A DNA stretch of 64,000 nt from Macrostomum hystrix (lineage: Eukaryota > Animalia > Platyhelminthes): assembly GCA_950097015.1 (NCBI GenBank), contig CATNEN010000001.1, positions 10,106,001 to 10,170,000 on the forward strand, read 5' to 3'. Made by a program: the position numbers and the translations under genes. This document shows positions 57,711 through 64,000 of this stretch, in pieces (position 1 is the first letter of the stretch; each line of letters begins with the position of its first letter). The notes beneath the pieces were generated by a model. The model saw only the letters and a program-made list of their open reading frames with translations. It did not search any database and was not told the origin of the DNA.

Positions 57711-60700
57711 TCCACTATACTAAAAATGAAATGCTTGCTTGATTGCTTGCTTGGTTGGTTGTAATTGATTTTTTCCCGAACGGCTCAACCGATTTTCACC
57801 ATTTCTTCACCAAAAGATGCCAAATATGGGGACAATTATACACGTATTTTTATTAAGCTTAACTTTATTGCTAAAGGGATTAAATATTCGAAAAACATGT
57901 TTTTTGACCATTTCAAAGGTCAAACTATCTTGACCTATTGAGAATTTCATTCACTGACTGCCACTGAATTAGAATTGCATCGTCAAATTGCGCAACAACC
58001 CCTAGCTGATTGAATTTGAAGCCTGCACTCTGGAGACAAATTTTAAATAAATGTACACAACCAACCGCGAGACTGAGTGTACTCTATTTTCTTACTTCAT
58101 TGTACAAAGCCAGAACTTTGATAATTCATTTTATAAGGCTGTTTTTTGCACCCACTAACCAACAGTCGGAATAGCCGATGTGTAGGCACTAGGAATACGT
58201 TAGGCTAGGCTAGGGTTCGATTCTGCACTGCGTCAAATCATTTAGACTAATTTTCAGCCAGTAGTGATTGAAGACTATTTTATATTATTTTTTTCATTTC
58301 GTAAATAAAATATCATAAATCATAGCAAACCTGAATTAGAATCATGGCAAAAATAGAGTTTGAATCATGGCTAAACCAGCGTCTGAATCATGGCTAAACC
58401 AAATTTTGAATCATGGCGAAACCAGAGATGGAATCATGGCTAAACCAGAGTTTGAATCATTCTAGACCAGAGTTTGAATCATAGCTAACCAGAGTTTGAA
58501 TCATTCTATTCTATTTGATTACAAAGCCAGAACTTAAAAAATTAATTTTATAAAGCTGATTTTTGCACCAAATAGCAAATTTCTTGTAGCTATTGAATAG
58601 TCCTTTGTATACACTGATAAGAATATCACTGTGTCAAATGTACATAGCTGTGTCAACCCCCCTGGCGAGACAGTCAGTGCGAATTTATAAATAGATTCCA
58701 TCACAGCTTTCTCACTGGCTGGCGCAGACCAGTGTACATTGTGAGCCCCCTGCCCCGGAATTTGGACACACGGGCCTGGAGAGCCCACACCCCAAATCAT
58801 AGGTTTTTTAGATTTAGACCCCTTTCTTCTTTATCGATTTTTCAGTTTTTACCCTGCGTCTTAAGATAAGCTCCAATTCAGCCCACTGGATGATAAATAG
58901 CCTGTAAATTAATTTGGCTAAAGGGCACCTTATCTGATTCTTCAGACATCCAAATTCACAAACTTTCATCTTTCAAAATTTTTCTTAACTATTTCATTTT
59001 ACTTCTCATTTCTAAATCATGGTTCGACGCGGCGCCAGCAATTTAAAGAAAAGCCGCGATGCCAAGCGACGGCGACAGGCAGAATCCGAGGCTGAGCGGG
59101 CTGCCCGACTGGAAGAACAGCGGCAGCGAGATGCTCAGCGCAGACATGCTGAGACTGAGGCTGAGCGGGCTGCCCGACTGGAAGAACAGCGGCAGCGGGA
59201 TGCTCAGCGCAGACATGCTGAGACTGAGGCTGAGCGGGCTGCCCGACTGGAAGAACAGCGGCAGCGGGATGCTCAGCGCAGACATGCTGAGACTGAGGCA
59301 GAGTGGGCTGCCCGACTGGAAGAACAGCGGCAGCGGAATGCTCAGCGCAGACATGCTGAGACTGAGGCAGAGTGGGCTGTCCGACTGGAAGAACAGCGGC
59401 AGCGGGATGCTCAGCGCAGACATGCTGAGACTGAGGCAGAGTGGGCTGCACGACTGGAAGAACAGCGGCAGCGGAATGCTCAGCGCATACATGCTGAGAC
59501 TGAGGCAGAGTGGGCTGCCCGACTGGAAGCCGATCGGATTCGTCGCCGTGGAGCTGTGGTTTCTAGGTGAGTTGTATAGTAACTTTTTATAACAAGTCTT
59601 TATTTTTGTTTTTTTCTTAATTGCCTTGAAGGAGATAATTTGTAGTATCCATTTTATTCTGTATAAATTAAGCGGACAGCGATTTTTGAGGAATGAATTG
59701 TCTTAAAAAGCCAATTAAGGCAGCTGTGCTTACGTTCACCCATTGCCCCTTAGGTCGGACACTCAGCAGCAAGGTACAGAATCTATTGTACCCTTTGAGC
59801 AGTTGCAGGTAATCCCCATTGTTGGTGATGGCAATTGCTTTTTTTATGCTGTGTGTGATCAGCTGCGTGGAACCCCGCTGGAAATTGACGCAGCCTCCCT
59901 GCGGCAGGATTTGTCTTGCCGTGTTGCAGAACTCATGCCACAGCTGGTTGCAGATGGCCTCATTGCACCTGAAAGTGCTGATGAGATCGTGAATTCCTCT
60001 TTTCAAGCAGGAATTTATGTTTCAGATGAAGTTGCCTCTTTGTTGAGCCGCTGCTTTAATGTGGACCTGGTCATTTACCAGGCCAATGGTAGTGTGATGC
60101 AATATTTCAGGGCTAATTTGCGCCCTCCTAATGCCATTGTGCGTGTGCTTTTGCGCCATGAACATTACGAGTCACTGAGACTTCGAGAGCTTTTGCAAGC
60201 CTTTACAGATGCTGAGTTCCCAAGCCTGGCAGCAAGCAGAACTCCTGCCAAGAAGACCAAAATGGCCAAGGGCCCCAGCGCGATGCCGGCGGAACATGAG
60301 ACTGCGGGCCGCGCTGAAGACGGACCCGCTACTGCAAGGTAAACTGACACACAATTAACAGTTACATTTACATTTAACAGTTACTAAGAGATACATTCCA
60401 TTTTTTATCAGGCCTGAGACGATGGCGAGGCCAGAAGCCCCAGCCCATGACTGCGGGCCAATGGACTGGGCATGCAACCATTGCGGTGCCAAGCTGTTCC
60501 GCATGGAGACGGGCAATTTCTGCTGTGCTGGCGGCAAGGTGAAGCTGCCCACCCGGACTGTGCCACAGCTGCTGGCTGACCTGTACATGGGCCGGCATGG
60601 CATGAGCTCAGAGTTCCTGACCAACATCCGGAGCTACAACTCTGTGCTGCACCTGACCTCGCTGAGTGCCAAGCCGCGGTTGGTGCCAGGCTGGAATCCC

Positions 60701-63700
60701 AGCTACATCATCAGCGGTCAGCTGCACCACACTGCTATGCCGCTGTTTGCTGAAGCGTCTGCTGTTCCTCGCGGCTGGCAGGTGTACTTCACTGACCGCG
60801 AACTCGAAAGCCAGCAGAGTCTGAGCGATAGGGTGAAGCCAGAGCTACATGAGCTGCTACAGACGTTGCTTCACGAGTGCAACCTTTACGTTCGGAGCCT
60901 GAAGGCTGCAGCACAGCGGATCATGGAGGATCCGGAGCTTGTGGATGCGCGAATCGTGATTCACCCGGACCGGAGGCCTTCTGGGGAACACATTCGGTGA
61001 GCTAACAATAACTGAAAAGGGATTCGAACACATTTTAAAACCAGTCATTTAAAGCTTTGTGCCTGTGTACACAGAAATGTTTACCGTTGTAAAGAGTTTT
61101 GTTAAAAGCATTTGTTACTACCGTTCAAAATCAGGCGCTACAATTTGCCCACGGCAAACGAGGTCGGCATCCTCATTGTTAAGGACACTGAGGACACTGA
61201 GGCCCCTGAAGACGGTGATGAGCCAGCAACTAGCCGAGATGTTGTCATTCAACTGCGGGGTGGCGGCTACAAGAGGATTAGCAAAACGCACCGATGGTAT
61301 GATGCACTGGAGTACGTGTTGCTGTTCCCCCATGGCGAGGACGGCTGGCACCCGGAGCTGCGCATGAGCAATGGCCGCAAGCTGACGCCGATGAAGTACT
61401 ATGCCAGCGAAATCATGGTGCGAGCGGGCCAGAGCAGCCTGCTGCACCACGGACGGCGGCTGTTCCAGCAGTACCTGGTGGACATGTGCGCCAAGATTGA
61501 GTCAGAGAGGCTGCTCTATCTGCGGACCCATCAGAGCGATCTGCGCAGTGAGACGTACAGCGGTCTGCGAGACGCTCTATTCGCTGCTGATGGCAGGTCG
61601 ACCGACACAAATCCGACTGATATTGGCAAGCCTGCGCACGTGTTCCTGTCCTCCAGCTTCGTTGACGGGCCAAGGTACCTGATGGAGAGGCTGCAAGACG
61701 CCATGACCTATGTACAAAAGTTTGGCAAGCCGGACCTGTTTGTCACGGCGACGTGCAACCCTAAGTGGCCGGAAATCAGTGCACAGCTGCTGCCTGGACA
61801 GCGACCTGAGGACCGGCCGGATATTGTCACGCGTGTTTTCGAGCTGAAGAAGAAGGCTCTGCTTGCCGAGCTGAGGAAGCGCTTTGGAAAGGAGGCCGCG
61901 CATGTTTGCTCTCTGGAATATCAGAAGCGCGGTAAGTTAGCAAATTGCGCTTTCAATTTTCATTCTGTAATTGCATTCCAGGTTTAGCAATCCATATTTT
62001 TATGCAAGGGGTCATTGCAAACCGGAATTAAGCTCTGGTTTAGCCATGATTCAAACTCCAGTTTCTCCATGATTCAAACTCCGCTTTCTCTACGATGCAA
62101 ACGCTGGTTTAGAATTTTAATTAATTTACATGACTAAATTGTGATCACTCATACGTCGCTTTGAATCACTTGTTTATGTCTTCCACAGGTCTCCCCCATG
62201 TGCACTTTCTGCTCTGGCTGGTCAGTGGACAGAGAGTGACTCCGGACCGCTACGACAAAATCGTGTCCGCTGAGATCCCGGACCCACAGCAGCAGCCGAG
62301 GCTGCACGAGCTGGTGAAGACTCACATGATCCATGGCCCCTGCGGCGTGGTAAATCCAGCCTGCCCGTGCATGGTGGACGGCCAGTGCAGCAAGGGCTTC
62401 CCGAAGGAGTTCCAGCAGGCGACCCTAACCAGCGATACTGGCTACCCATTGTATCGCAGGCTGTCCCCTGAGATGGGCGGATTTACGGTGGACAAACTAT
62501 TCAAAGGCCGCAGCATTCGCATGGACAACAGGTGAGTGAGGAGGTGTTGGTGTTTTTTCAGACTTGATTGAAAGGTTGATTCTTTAATACGAAAGCAAAG
62601 TACTTAGTTTAGCCTTGTGTTTAGTTTATTTATATTGCTAAATTGTTTATTTACTGTAAGTTTAATTTACCATTGCTAGGATACATAAATCATTAATTAG
62701 CAATTCTTTTCCTGGCACAAATACAGGTGGGTTGTACCATACGAGCCGTACAACCCGGGCCTGCTGCTCCTTTTCGAATGCCACATGAACTTTGAAGTTT
62801 GTGCCACCGTCAAGTCGGTCAAGTACGTGATCAAGTACTTGCTAAAAGGCGGCGACATGGCGTCGTTCAAGTTCGAGGCAAACAAGAAGCCGAGCGGGCC
62901 AGGAGAGCAGGCTGCGGATGGCGAACGACAGGAAGGTTCAGCTAGCAAGGCTCCGACTCAAGCCAAGAAGGAGGGGCGAAATGAGATCAAGGAGTATCTG
63001 CTGGCGCGCTACATAGGCCCAATGGAAGCCGTGAATACCATCTTGGGCTTTGAAGTAAGTCATAGATGTTTGCAAGGCAGTGCTAGCAGCAAAGAATGGG
63101 AAAATAATGATATGGTTTTTAAACTAAAACACAACAGGTGCACAACAGATTTCCGGCTGTGATCCGATTGTGCGTGCACAAGTCTAACGAGCAGCTCGTG
63201 TATTTCAACGAGCAAAATGCGAGCACAAAGGCCAGGGCGCCCAGAGATTCGACGCTGACGGCTTTCTTCAAGCTGTGCCGCACTGATGAATTCGCTAGAG
63301 GCCTGGTGTACACCGAGGTGCCGTCCTACTTCGTGTGGCACCACAGCGAGAGGGAGTGGCGCCGCGCCAAGAAGGGTTCGAGAGTTGAGGGCCACCCTGG
63401 TGTTGTACACAACACGAACATTGCCCGAATGTACACGGTGAGTCCGAGAGCAGGGGATCTGTTTTATATGCGAATGCTCCTCCTGCAGGTTAGAGGGCCA
63501 ACCAGCTTCGAGGCGCTGCACACTGTGGACGGAGTGCTGTGTCCCAGCGCCAAGGCTGCTTGCACGGCCCTGGGTCTGCTGCAACGAGACGACCACTGGC
63601 GGCGCTGCCTAGCCGAGGCAGTCCAGTCGCGAATGCCGAGAGCTCTCAGGCACCTGCTGGCTGTCATTCTGATTTGGGGCAACCCTGAGGATGGCAGCGA

Positions 63701-64000
63701 TCTGTGGTGCACATTCGCCGAGGATCTGTGCGAGGACCTGCGGTTTCACCACCGAGATCTGAGCGCTGAGGAAATCACCGACCTGGCGCTGCGCGAGCTG
63801 CAGAGCATGCTGACCTCCATGGGCGGTCACAGCCTGCCCGAGTACGGCTTGCCTGCGGCCTCCGTGCCGCCTCAAGTCGGACCGATGCAGTTCGACCCGG
63901 TTGAACAGGCCGAGATCCGGGAAGCGAGACTGTCAATGCTGACGGAGGAGCAGATTGCGGTGTACGAGTCGGTGACTGAGGATCTTGTGGCCGGCTCGGG
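57711..64000 (+). mobile_element. Helitron copy 2, runs off the window
   Basis: A|TCCACTATACTAAAA 5' end; RepHel gene. Confidence 0.9.
59019..64000 (+). CDS. Helitron RepHel, apparently intact: STPR-like 23-aa repeats, OTU protease, Zn finger, HUH Rep (partial at window end)
   Basis: In-frame exons 59019-59566, 59754-60338, 60412-60996, 61135-61931, 62189-62531, 62726-63055, 63138-end. Motifs VGDGNCFF..HEHYESL, FVTATCNP, EYQKRG/LPHVH, YVIKYLLKG. Confidence 0.92.

Overview
Eukaryotic DNA, probably an invertebrate animal (spliceosomal GT-AG introns, tRNA-derived SINEs), made almost entirely of nested transposable elements. All calls come from manual reading, splicing and alignment; no searches were run. 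From left to right: (1) The 3' end of an LTR retrotransposon with very long (~2.3 kb) TG...CA LTRs. Its internal region hides a three-exon antisense gene for a 98-aa protein with a C-terminal hydrophobic helix. (2) A gag / -1 frameshift / protease unit with no RT. (3) SINEs. (4) A full-length RTE-like LINE whose 5' end is an HDV-like ribozyme, followed by a 2A-like motif. (5) Two intron-containing Helitrons (STPR repeats-OTU-Rep-PIF1 helicase), one decayed and one apparently intact but cut by the window edge. (6) A 16.6-kb KDZ (Kyakuja-Dileera-Zisupton) DNA transposon with ~2.3-kb near-identical TIRs built largely from a TAG/TTAGGGG-rich satellite. It has a 7-bp TSD and two apparently intact convergent spliced genes (KDZ transposase and an HMG-like protein). 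(7) MITEs, a solo LTR with its empty site present in the window, 22-bp satellites, and a head-to-head pair of an RPA70-like pseudogene and a small RGG/zinc-knuckle/polyQ/polyR gene. No rRNA, true tRNA gene or CRISPR array is evident.
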